From NCBI GenBank assembly GCA_964019335.1, contig OZ025700.1:310001-374000 (forward strand): a DNA stretch of 64,000 nt, given 5' to 3'. Source of the DNA: Diplonema japonicum (Eukaryota; Protista; Euglenozoa: Diplonemea). Positions 45,398 to 56,955 of the stretch are shown one piece after another (the stretch's first letter is position 1; each line of letters begins with the position of its first letter). Position numbers and translations under genes: made by a program. The notes under the pieces were generated by a model, which ran no database searches, was not told the origin of the DNA, and was given only the letters and a program-made list of their open reading frames with translations.

Positions 45398-46409
45398 CTA
45401 CTTCTTTTTCTTAGTGCTTTTTTTCTTCTCCTTTTCTTTTGACGCTTTCGATTTCCGCTTTGATTTCGCCTTAGCCCCAGACGATGCTGAAGATGTAGAA
45501 GATGAATCATCTGATGGTGTCGCGGCTTTCTTCTTGCGGGAGGCTTTCTTGGTAGGTTTGGGCGTCTTCGCCTTCCTCTTTTTCTTCTTTTTGTCGGAGG
45601 AGGATGATGAGGAAGATGAAGCCGTGTCGTCATTCTTGGACACCTTCTTGGGTTTTTTGGAAGACTTCGATTTTTTAGAGCGGGATTTTTCGTTGGAGTC
45701 TTCGCTCATGGGCTCGGGCTTCACCTCTTGCTGGGGAGCCTCTTCAACATCGACTTCCATTTCCATCAAGTTATCAAAAGCTTCATCCACTTCCTTCACC
45801 CTTGGAGACTGTTGTTTAATCACGGTAAGGGCGTCTGCTTGAAGGGCTGGCTGGGAACTGGGGTCAAAGTACCGTTTTTTTTTCGGTTCATTCTGAGCCA
45901 TGCCGTCTTCCTCGTCGCTGGTTATGTAAATCAAATCTTTTTCTTTTTCCTTGTACTCCGGCATTAAGAGGAAGTGTTTTACCTTTTTTTTTTTTTTTTT
46001 TCTTTCCCCATACCAACACCAAAAGATCGCTAATGTAGGAATCGGTCAGGGACTCCTCTATGCGCTCGTCTGTGAGCATGCCTTCCACAATCAGCTCCAA
46101 TGCCACTCGATCTTCAGGTTTGCTGTTTAACAATTGAATTTTCTCAGCCAATGTCAAATGAGCTGGTTCTCCGTTCGGCGACGCGTACTTACTGCATACC
46201 TCATCGACCTTTGCCAGGAAGCCTTCCACCTGTCCTTTACCCAGACCCTTCTCTGATTTGAACGTGTTCCTCAAGAGTGACGTCTCGAGCTTGAAGACGG
46301 CCTCGCTCGGGAGGATCTGCTCAGCGCCACGAACCTTCCTCCACTTCTCCAGTGCATGGTATACTTCGAAATTCGAGAGTTGGCACACACCAGCTTCTAA
46401 GACTTGCAT
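45398..46409 (-). CDS. RNA polymerase III subunit RPC9/C17 (Rpb4-like) with long acidic/Ser/Lys-rich tail, 2 exons, 326 aa
   Basis: MQVLEAGVCQLSNFEVY...LTLAEKIQLLNSKPEDRVALELIVE. A 31-nt intron 45983-46013 joins it in frame to ORF 45398-45964. Confidence 0.75.
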
Positions 46410-46418
46410 TGGTTTATC

Positions 46419-46459
<41 letters not shown>

Positions 46460-46768
46460 CCTTGTTGCTGATGGTGTCTGGTGTTGAAGTGGAAGGAGGG
46501 CGGGAGAAAAAAAAAAAAAAAAAAAAAAAAAACACAGAGCAGGGGGAAGGGGAGAAAAAAAAAAGAAGAAAAAAAAAGAGAGGATTTCACAACATAGGCC
46601 CGCCCACCCATGACCCGCCACTCTTCTTTTTTTTCCTTTCGTTTGTTTGAATGACCCCGTATCGGAAGGCTGGGGGAAGGGGGCTATTCCTTTTTTTTTT
46701 TTTTCCACGTTGTGGGGTATCCCCATCTTTTTTTTTTTTCCCTCTTTCCGCAAACCCCGTGGGTTTGC

Positions 46769-47944
46769 TCAAAGATTCGAATTCGTACCGCTGACCCATT
46801 TCCCCCCAACCATAACAGCCTTCAAAGAAAACGTTCTTTTGTCCACCAGGATCATATCAGCCTTGTTACCCGGAGCGAGGCTTCCCACATGCGTGGCCTG
46901 CGCGATTCTTGCAGGTGATTCAGCAAAAATCTTGGCGGCATCGGTGATGGGAAGCCCGCGTTCAGTAACAAGGTACTTCATTGAAGAAAAAAGCGTGGAG
47001 GTACTTCCAGCAAGTGTAGGGGGAGAGGACCCTTTAAGGTAACAACCTCCTTTAGGCGACACTACCATTGTTCTACCGTTATAGGTCATCTCCTTGTCAG
47101 GCTTGAACTCCGATACACAATCGGAAATTACAGCAATGTCCTCAGAAGACCGGCACTGCAGGACCAGATCAACGGTGAGAGGGTGAAGATGTATGTTGTC
47201 GCTTATAATTTCAACAGTAGGAGCCTCGAGGAGCCCGGTTTCACCATTCACCTGCCTCAACAACCCGAAGTGGGGTAAAGTACCCTGCTTATGGGAGAAA
47301 GTCATAACATTGAAAAGATGTGTTAGATGGCACCTCTGTTCACTTCCGTTGATACACGCTTCTATTTGAGTTTGCGTGCAAACCCTGTCATGCCCTAAGC
47401 TCGGTCTTACCCCGTGTTCATTCAAAACTTTAAGAACATCACCCGTAGCCATCGATGGGGATATGGTCATAACCTTGCAAGACGGCATGCTTTTCACCAA
47501 TGATTCAAATTTATCAACGCCGTTTTTTCTGATGTTGTTTTCGGGGAGGCCTCCTAGGTCTGCTATCAATGGGCCTTCCGCGTGTATTCCCACTAAACGG
47601 GCCTCGTTGTCCAAGCAGCCTTCTCGAATGGATTGTTCTACGTTTTGCACGGTGTTCCCTAAGGAGTTCATGTCCTCCCCGATGACTAGCGAAGCCAGGC
47701 AGGCTGTGGTCCCGTTTTCTGCGAGGTACCGTAGGGTGAACCCTGGGTTTTCCCAGTGCGTTGCAACGTCGTTGCTTCCACCGCAACCGTGGTTATGGAT
47801 GTCCACCAGACCTGGCAGAACGAAGCAGTCTGTCGGTGAAGCTCCGTCCTCGGATACAATTTCTGAAATTTCATCGTCCGATACAAGAATTCTACCCTTC
47901 ACGATGCCCTTGGGTGTCACAATGTCCCCGTGGATTGTGTGCAT
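46769..47944 (-). CDS. nagA: N-acetylglucosamine-6-phosphate deacetylase
   Basis: PGLVDIHNHGCGG, GTTACL, GIHAEGP, LGH, THLFNVM, IISDNIHLHP, LAGS, GSLAPGNKAD. Confidence 0.88.
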   Translation of the reverse strand: MHTIHGDIVTPKGIVKGRILVSDDEISEIVSEDGASPTDCFVLPGLVDIHNHGCGGSNDVATHWENPGFTLRYLAENGTTACLASLVIGEDMNSLGNTVQNVEQSIREGCLDNEARLVGIHAEGPLIADLGGLPENNIRKNGVDKFESLVKSMPSCKVMTISPSMATGDVLKVLNEHGVRPSLGHDRVCTQTQIEACINGSEQRCHLTHLFNVMTFSHKQGTLPHFGLLRQVNGETGLLEAPTVEIISDNIHLHPLTVDLVLQCRSSEDIAVISDCVSEFKPDKEMTYNGRTMVVSPKGGCYLKGSSPPTLAGSTSTLFSSMKYLVTERGLPITDAAKIFAESPARIAQATHVGSLAPGNKADMILVDKRTFSLKAVMVGGKWVSGTNSNL

Positions 47945-48406
47945 TTTCCCCTTTTCTGAAGAAAGTTTGGTAACTAATAAGCGGGAAATAAATTATACAC
48001 ACACAAGCGGAAACAAAAAAAAAGAAATTGAGATTTGTTTAAGAACCTCGGAGACACGGGGGAAGGGGGGGGGGGGGGGTTTGAGGAAAACGGGGGGAGG
48101 GGGGTTATATGAGGGAACGTTATTTGTTTTTCCCGGGGGGGGTCTATTAAAAGGTAATAAGAATTCATATCGAGGGAACGAAAAATAAAAAATAAAAAAA
48201 GAAGGGGGGGGAAAAAAAACACAATCTAAAATAGAAATAAAAAAATTAATTTGGCGCTTCATTTGTTTGTGCGCACGGGCGGCAGGAAAAAAAAAAAAAA
48301 AACAACAACAACAACAAAAAAAAGGGGAAGTGTAGTGTGGGAAGAAAAAAAAAGGGAAAAAAAAAAAAGAATACTGTGCAAGAATAATAATAAAGAAAAA
48401 AAAACT

Positions 48407-50672
48407 CTAACTTAGGACAGCAGGGCCTGCGGGCGACATCAAATAAGTAGACCTCGAATGGATGTGCTGCTGCTTGCTATCTACCAGCGACTGCGCCGTC
48501 TTGGCGACGTTACTCTCGTTATGCAACAGCGGGCATGACGAACCCCTCCGACAGTTGCCTGTCGAGTACAACGTGCAGATAGACGAGGTGGGTGTCCCGT
48601 CTCGGTTCGTCGGCGAAAACGAAACCCTGCGCTGATCCTCCGGAGAGAAGGATTTACTGTTGTTCGGGGAAATAGCAGTCCCATTCTCAAGGACGCGCCA
48701 ACCTTTGGCGAACCCAAGCTCAATCGCTCGTATCTCGTCTCTAGAAGGAATGGGAAGATTGGGAACAAATGAAGGCGCAAGATGTCTTTGCGCTGCAGGT
48801 GAATGCGACGCGCTGCTCACAGAACTGCTTCCAATCGACTCTTCTCTTGTTAAAACCCTTGCGCGAACGGTGGTTCCCTTCGACGTCACCCATTCATTCC
48901 CGTCTGAATAGCACCACATAGGTACCTCGTCAGGTGCCTTTCCGTCGTGCATGGCGGAAGACACCAACCGTCCTACATCCTTCTGCGGGCCTTTCTCATC
49001 AGCTGATACCATCCAATACCCTTCCCGTGAAGAGAAGATCCTGTGATGTCCACACCCCCACACTGGGTACCCGTTGTGTACCGTGTTTTCCATGGGTTCG
49101 TAGGTGCCTTGGACGATTGGTTTTTCGTCAGACTTGACGAAGAGAACCTTTACCCTGTACAGTGTCGGGGAAGGGGTCATTTTTGGTGCGCTGCGTTCTC
49201 TGTCGGCGTGCATTCCGTGCGACATTCTAAGCAGTTCAACTTGCGATGGTTTCCTGTCCTCATATTGTAGCGCCACCGACGATGGTGTCCCTGACCTCTC
49301 CGATACCACCTCTATGGTGTCTGGAACGGACGTAGAAACAGGCGCTGGTGGACTGTGATACGTGTTGTTTCCATTTTGCGGGGGTGGGGTGAAGAGTGGT
49401 TCCCTTGCAGGGGACAGTGCTGGTGGTGATGCGTCTTGTGTCATTCTCTCGCTGCTTTTTGTGGACGCGAGCTCGGCTTGAAGGTTGGACACCTTGCCCT
49501 CATTCTGTTCCATTGCCGCCTCCAACGCTGCTATCTTATCATCCGCCGCGCTGAGCATCTCCTCCAACACAAGTGTCTGGCCTTCTTTTACAATACTGTT
49601 CGCGACTTCACGTTCAAGCTTGTCGTTCGCAGCCTGTTGTTTGTATTAAAAAAAAAGTAAAGGATACCTGAAGCGCAACGCATTTCTTCTGACAGATGGC
49701 AGCGGATTCCGTCAGCTCGTTGGCGGCAGCCTGCTCGTCTTTGAGGAGGTTTCGGAGTTGAGCGGCTTCAGACTTTTTTTTATTGTGTTGGGTAATATAT
49801 ATAAATACCTGACTGTCCTCGTTCAGTTCCGTGAGCTGTTTGATCTGCGCTCGGAGCTCGTTGATGACCCGGGGGCTGGTTCCGTCCCATTTGGAGATTC
49901 TTTCTTTCATGTCGCAGCTTTCCTCTTCTTGTTGGATGAGCTTTTCGTGAAGTGCTGTGATTTCGGATTCAAGGCGTTGCTCCTCTGCCCGAAGCTGAGT
50001 GTCGGAAGATTCCTTCGCCTTCTCGGACTCTACGTATCGCGACTGGACGTGTGTGAGCTCGTCTTGAATCTGTTTTTTTTCGTCGGTGATGAGATCGATT
50101 TCATTCTGGAGGGCTGCGATGGAGCCTGCTGCAGTGCGGCATTTTTCATCAAGCGACGTGATGATAGCATCCCGCTCTTCAATAGCTTCTTGTGTATTGT
50201 CTGTTCGAGGTGCGGTTGACATGTTCAATAATTCGTCTTCCTTCTGTGAAATGGCATCGGCTGAAGCTGTCAGCTCTCCTTCTAGCCTCTGGATGACAAC
50301 GTCCCTCTTTTCGATTTCCTGGTTCAAGAATTCCACCGGTTCTTGCGATGATTCTATAATTGCTTTGAGGCGGGTTTCCTCTGCCCGACTCTCTGCTAGC
50401 CTTTCCTCTACTTCGTTCAAAGATTCCACTGAAACCATTCCCACGGCTTTGTTCCTGTTTGTCTGGACCAGCAACACCGTGAGGACCAGTATCACTAAGC
50501 TCATGCAAACCTCAGTAGTGAACTGCTGCATCGATCCGACCCATTCTTGCGAGGAATTCAACCATTCTTGGAGGACCGCCAACCATTTAGAGGTATCTAA
50601 CCATTCTTGGAGGACTGCTGACCATTGTGAGGTGTCTAACCATTCATCAAGAACCCCCGGTTCAGCTTGCAT
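48407..50672 (-). CDS. Membrane-anchored coiled-coil protein with Trp-rich beta domain and C-terminal CCCH zinc finger, 3 exons, 731 aa
   Basis: Introns 49773-49808 (36 nt) and 49634-49667 (34 nt) join the two ORFs; TM SLVILVLTVLLV; CTLYSTGNCRRGSSCPLLH. Confidence 0.75.
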
Positions 50673-50825
50673 TTTTTTTTGTATCTCCTCTTTTTTTTTT
50701 TTTTTTTTCTCGCGTTGGGATGAGGGGTGACATCAATCAGCAGAAAAAAATGGGGGGGGGGGACGAAAATATTGATTCCTTATTCTTGATCCAATATTTT
50801 CGAGCAAGAAAAAAAAAAATTTTTT

Positions 50826-51306
50826 TTAGACGAAAATGTTGATCAGAATCCGGAACATGATGAACAACCAGAACCACAATATTATGAAGCGGTAGAAGGC
50901 TCTGTCTCGCTGCCGCACGTACTCTTGATAATCGACCGATTCGTTCATTTTGTGTGCAGCCCAGTTGTCGAACACCTTCCGGAATTGCTCGTTGTGTGCC
51001 GCACGCTCCTTCATACGGTTCGCCTCCTGGTTCAGAGCTTCCTGTTGTGCAGACCGAAAGGTGTTCCAGAAATTTTCATCCCCGCTATGCTTTTTCTCGT
51101 GGTACGTGAATGTTTGCCCGTTACTATCGCGGTACGTGTAAACAGTCTCCTCCCCACCAAAACGATCATGAGTTGTGTGCGATGAAGAATATTGCATATT
51201 TTCGAAGCCTTGCTTCTGTTGGTTGGCTTGGAAACCCTGGAAACCTCCCGCCCAGTTCGCACCTTGGTTCGCAGCCCCAGGTGTCGCATGCTGTAACAAG
51301 TAAAAA

Positions 51307-51342
<36 letters not shown>

Positions 51343-51533
51343 CCCCCTTCTTATACACACCTCTGGGTACATTCTATTTGCATCACCTTTTTTTATGAGA
51401 TCGTAAGCTTCCTTCACTTTTTTAAACATTTTGTCGTCGCCCCCTGTGCGGTCCGGGTGGTGCTGCTTTGCTAATTTTATGTACGCTTTTTTAAGACCTG
51501 CGTCGTCTATCCCTCTATTCACACCCAAAGTCT

Positions 51534-51566
<33 letters not shown>

Positions 51567-51703
51567 CCCGTAAACACCTTCCAAGGATTGTCAGACTGCC
51601 CTCCTTTCAATACTGTTGTCGCCCATCGCCTTTGTTGTTGCCCACTTCTCTTGCTGCAATATCTCAAACCAGCGGTTCTTCGAAACAACTGCCGTGGGAG
51701 CAT
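50826..51703 (-). CDS. DnaJ (J-domain) protein, likely mitochondrial, C-terminal TM; 3 exons, 253 aa
   Basis: Arg-rich presequence-like N-terminus; NPWK|TLGV...KKAYIKLAKQHHPDRTGG...EAYDLI; introns 51532-51577 and 51291-51360. Confidence 0.88.
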
Positions 51704-51877
51704 TATATTTTTATTTTTATTTTTTCTTCCCCTTCTCTTTCCTCCTATTACGTGCATACCACTCACAGGGGGGGGGGGGGGGGGGGAAAGGGCGGGTGAA
51801 AGAAAAAAAATGGGTCAGAAATAACTTTTTTTTTTCTTTACGGAAGTAAAGAAAGAAAAAAAAAAAAAAGAAACTGG

Positions 51878-54800
51878 TTATTTTCGTCGAGTGTGAGGGA
51901 GCACCGACGGGTTGAGATGTAATTTTTTCTTAACCCGTTTTGGCTTGGCCTGCCTGATCGGTGGTCCCGTTCGGGTTCCCATTTCGATGTCGTGCGCAAG
52001 ATTGCGGACCGGCTTCTTACGAGGCTCGCAGAATATTTTTTTGAAAATATAACACAGCGCGATACAGTACAGCCCGTAGGTGGTGCAGAAGAAGTACCTC
52101 CCTTGGATGGACAGCGCACCACATAGGTCATCGTCAGCTCTCCAAATCAACATGTTTCCTATCACATACCAAATCGAGAGGAATATGAGGATGATAATCC
52201 ACAAACACCCCGTGACCCAGTTCTGTGCCAGGGTGATGTCCCACCGTGAGAGCCCGGACTTCCACACATCACGGAAGATGTACACAGCGATTAGGATGAA
52301 GACAGAGGTTATAACACCGTTGATGATGAACCATTTGTCAAGGAGTGAAGAGTTGCATGTCGCACCGCTTGCGCTGCTTGCTTCAACGCATTCCGCCTGT
52401 GGAGTATCGGCTCGTTTTGTACAGGTGCCTTTTCCGTATGAAGTTGCACCCAATACCAATGGCCACAACCCTAATATCCCCAAGGCAACCGAGTACGCCA
52501 CAACAATCAATGGGATGTACTTGGCTTTCTTCGACTCCCTCGCGGCGGGTTCCGCGCTCTTTTCAACATCCTGAACCGTCACGTCTTCTTGCTCAGTGAC
52601 CCACGGGAATTTTTTCGCTTCCCTGTCGCGTCGGGCCTGTTTTGTTTTGTTTTGTTTTGTTTTTTTTTGTTGCATACCCAACTGAACCCGTCTTCTGTCA
52701 GCAAAACCGGTGTCAAGTCCTCCATCGATCTTTCGATAGCGTGGAACACCACCGCTTTCGGTGTACCGTCAAAGTTGCATCTGGTTTTGTAGGGAAAATA
52801 GATTTTTTTTTTTTTTTTTTTTTTGCATACAAAGTTTCCAGTTCCTTTCTCCTTGCCGTTTCGGAATGCACCACCGCGGCCCAAGGGAGGTTTTTGTACA
52901 TTCTTTGAAAGTCCTCCAGCATCGGGTCCCCCGACACGAGCACGATCTCTATTTTCTTTTTCTTCGAGTTTCTCTTGTAGAAGTGAACCATCGCCTCGGT
53001 GTACAAATAATTCTGCTCGAGCATCCAGTTCGACAGCAACACCACAATAATGTAATTCTTTCCGGAAAGGGCTTTTTCGGTGGGGATCAGTCTGCACCCG
53101 AGTCCATCCTTCACGAGGAGGTGGTCCCCAAACCAGTCAATTAACGCGGAGGAGTCCGAATAAATATACGGCCTGCACCAAGTGGACCGCGTTTTCGGGA
53201 CTTTTAGAGAATTGTTGTTGTGCAAAGTGGTCCAGTCATCGTTGGCCTCTGCTTGGAAAACCCATTCGATGGGGTCGGTGTCGGGAGGAGAGTCCTCAGG
53301 AGCCGTTTGGAATATATACCCTGCTATTTTTTCGGGAGCGGTTAACCTGATTTGTATCTCAACAAGACACGGAACGTCGGCATCACCCCCCGCCCAGTGC
53401 GATCCCGATACCATAAGATTCTGTGCGGGATGTTCCTCGTCTTCAACCCCAGCTTCGTCGTCCTCTGCAGAGGTCACCATCACAACACTTTTGACCAACG
53501 CTGGTTCGACAACATCCCCGCCTACTCTTATCAACCGGATTGAAGACAGTTCGTAGAATGAACCACCATTGCGTGCTTTTGTAAAGACGAATCGATATGT
53601 GTCGTGCGATGGTTGGCTTGAGGCGGAGATGACCCATTTTTGCGGGACGGCGGCGAACAAAGGCGAGCAGCTTGCGACGGGTGCGAAGCAATCCTTCGGG
53701 TTGCTCAGTCGTGGGCGGCACAGGACTACCTGTGTTATCGCTGCGAGATTGACGGATTGGTCACCTACAAATGCATCCTCGACTTTTTGAAACGATATGC
53801 CGTCTTTAGACGTGGTGCAGAACGCGTGCCAGAGCTGTGCGATTTCCCGCTCGCAGTCCTCCCATCTCGCGGAGAGCGTTGCGCGCATTTCATTGATGGA
53901 GCCCGTCCCGAGTAGATCCTTCAACCGTTCCGGTTCGCTTCCGTATATTTCATGCAGTTTTTGTATCCATTTCTCGGCGGCCGGTAGTAAGACGTCGATG
54001 CTTGCTCTTACGAGGGTTTTGAAGAACTCTGAGGCTTCCGGACCTTTCAGCATCCCATTTTCGGCGCTGATGGTCTTTGTGAACATGTTCATCGCGTTGT
54101 CCAATGCTGGGCGTGATGATTTCATTATTCTCATAGTTCCCACCTCCATGAGGATGAGGGCTTGTTTCACGCCGTGTTCTGCGATGCTGCTGTCGAGCTT
54201 TGCCAGCCCCCGTTCGATGGCGACAGCACCGCATCGGATGAAGTTCTCGACGGCTGCTTCTTTTTTGCGGAGTTCCAAACTCTTCGCGCTGCTGCCCCTG
54301 CGCACCATTTCTTTCATACTCCTTTGTGACTCGCGTAGGGCGTCGGTGTGGACCTGCATTACGGGCTCGAGGTCTGCAGTCTTCAAGGAGATATTCATCC
54401 CTTCCCCCTCTTCTCCTTCTTCTTCTGAGGTGGGTGGTTGTGTCACACTGTCAACCTCTCTCCCCAAAGGAGATGCTTTCTCTGATGCAATAGACACGTC
54501 AACCGTCGCTGACTCTGAAGGTTCTTCGTGCAACGTCGAACGGGGGCTGGGGCCTTGGCTGTCGCTGTACAGCATTTCTTCTTCAGACACGGGTGCAGCC
54601 TGTTCATTCGCTTCCGCTTCCAGTGCTTCGATCTGCCGCTCCTTCTCTTCCCGTGCTTTTTGTGCCTCGTCTGATGTGGTTCGCCTCGGTTCTTGATCTT
54701 GCACTGTTTCTTGTTTTTCCATGGCTTCACGCGACACTGCATGTGCTTGCTCTATCATAGCAGATGATTCGGGCGACAGCAGGCTCTCATCCGCACTGGG

Positions 54801-56870
54801 CGAAAGAACAAGACTCTCAGACCTCTCTGCAGGTGCTTTCGGACTTAATTGTTGCTCTGATTCAAGCTGTGTCGAGGGCTGCTCTTCTTTACCTTGAATC
54901 TCTTCCTTGTCGATCGTAGCCTGCTTCACGGTGACAACAGTTTTTGCAGCTTTTTTCTTCTTTTTGCCCGTTGTCTCATTCAACTCCTTGTCCGCTTCTG
55001 CTGTGAGCGGCACCTCAGCATCTGCCGCGGCCTCTTCGTTCTTATCCTCAGCCACACGCTTCTTTTCCTTCTTTTCCTTTTTAGCTTTCTTCTCTTTCTT
55101 TTCTTTTTTGGCCTTGTCTGTGACTTCTCGAGTGGTATCTGCTTGTACCTGTTCACTAGTTTCTTCCTTCGCTGTGTGTGTCCGGTCTTCTAGTACTGTG
55201 CCTGCCTCGTCCTTTGCTGCCACAGTTGGATCCTCTCCCGTGTCTGTCTTGTCCTTCGCTGTTCCTGGTGTATCTTTTCCCGCGTCTGTCACCTCCTTTG
55301 CTGTGTGTGACCGGTTATTTGCTGTATCTGCCGTACTTGTTTTTTCTTTTGCTGGACCTGCCTCCTTTGTTGAATCTGCTTTGTCCTTTGATGTATCCAC
55401 ATTGCCTTTTGATGTATCCGTCTTCTCCTTTGTAGTGTCTGCCTCCCCCTTTGCTGAATCTGTCTTGCCTTTTGATGTATCTGTCTTCTCCTTTGCTTTG
55501 CCTGCCTCGCCCTTTGCTGAATCAGCCTTGCTCTTTGCTGTGTCTGTCTCCTTTGCTGAATCTGCTTTGCCCTTTGCTGAATCTGTCTTCTCCATTGTTG
55601 TGTCTGCCTCGCCCTTTGCTGAATCTGTCTTGCCTTTTGCTATGTCTGTCTTCTCCTTTCCTGTATCAACATCGCCCTTTACTGAATCTGTCTTCTCCAT
55701 TGTTGTGTCTGCCTCGCCCTTTGCTGAATCTGTCTTGCCTTTTGTTGTGTCTGTCTTCTCCTTTCCTGTATCAATTGAATCTGCTTTGCCCTTTGCTATA
55801 TCTGTCTTCTCCTTTGCTGTGTCTGTCACCTTTACTGCATCTGCTTTGCCCCTTGCAATATCTGTCTTGCCTTTTGTTGTATCTGTCTTCTCCTTTGCTG
55901 TGTCTGTCTCACTTACTGAATCTGCTGTGCCCTTTGCAGCGTCCGCCGTGTCCCTTGCTGTCTCGGTTTTATTCGGTGTGCCTGCTTTCCCTTTTGATGT
56001 ATCCACCTGCTGCGGTTCGATTGGTGTCTGTTGGCTTTGTTCTTCCTTAGGTCCAACAGGCGCTTCCTTTGCTTCAGATTTGTTGGCATCATCACTCCCT
56101 TCTCCCTTTGCTTTCCCTGATGCCATCTCTTCTTGCAGGTGTAGGTTTCTGTCAAGTTTCAACTCACAAGGTAGTGGCGGTGGTGAGGGAGGCGCGGGCG
56201 GAGGTGAGGGAGGCTCAGTCACGGGAGACCTACATTTTTCTTCTTTCGCTTTCTTCTCCTTTTTCTCTTTTTTCTTTGTCTCCTTCTTCACTTTCTCGCC
56301 GCTATTCACTTTCTTCGCTTCTTCCACTGTTTCTTCGGCTACTTTTTCTTCTTTCGGTATCTCGCGTATTTTCACTAGTTCTTCCCCACCCACCTCAGCT
56401 TTTCCCACCTGTTTTTTTCCTCCTGTCGGACACTGCTCGCTTTGTTTTGTCTCCATTTCTTTTTTTCCATCATCTATTTTCTCTTTTGCAATTTCCACTT
56501 CGGTTTCCATTTCCTTCTCCGGTTCATTCTTCTTGTCCCTGCCTTGCATTTCCATTTCTTTTTCTCGGCCTTCCTTCCCTGTCTCCTCCTTGTTCCTTTC
56601 GTCGTGTTCTGCACTCTCATGTTTTTGTTCCAGTGCCAGTTCTTCGCGTCTGGTGTCACTGTGTTCAGTGTGAACAGGAGAAGGGGTGGGCAGGGGTGCG
56701 TTGGGAGGTGGTGAGGACATGGCCTCAATCTCTTCCATGAGCCTCTCTGAATGCGTTGTGGGTGTCATGGGGTCATCTTTGCTGCTAATGCAGCCTTTCT
56801 CGTCGTCGTCGTCGTCGTCGTCACCTTCGTCTCCGAAGCCAATCTCGAAATCTTCGCTATCTTCGTCCAT
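51878..56870 (-). CDS. Large protein: charged repeats - helical region - discoidin/F5-8-like domain - CxxC-less nucleoredoxin/tryparedoxin fold - 4 TM helices; 3 exons, 1633 aa
   Basis: Introns 52781-52830 and 52637-52677 restore ELETLCNFDGTPKAVVF...TEDGFSWARRDREAKKFPW; also IEIVLVSGD...MYKNLPWAAV. Confidence 0.75.
55290..55960 (-). repeat. Coding 21-nt (7-aa) degenerate tandem repeat TAKEKTD/SAKGEAD
   Basis: Repeated cctttgctgaatctg / tctgtcttctcc units; visible in the translation. Confidence 0.85.
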
Positions 56871-56955
56871 CTGCCCCAACCTGTCTCCAACCTGTGATGG
56901 TTCAGTGGTATACTAAAAATGCCAAAAAAAGGGGGAAATAAACGTCTTTCGACGC

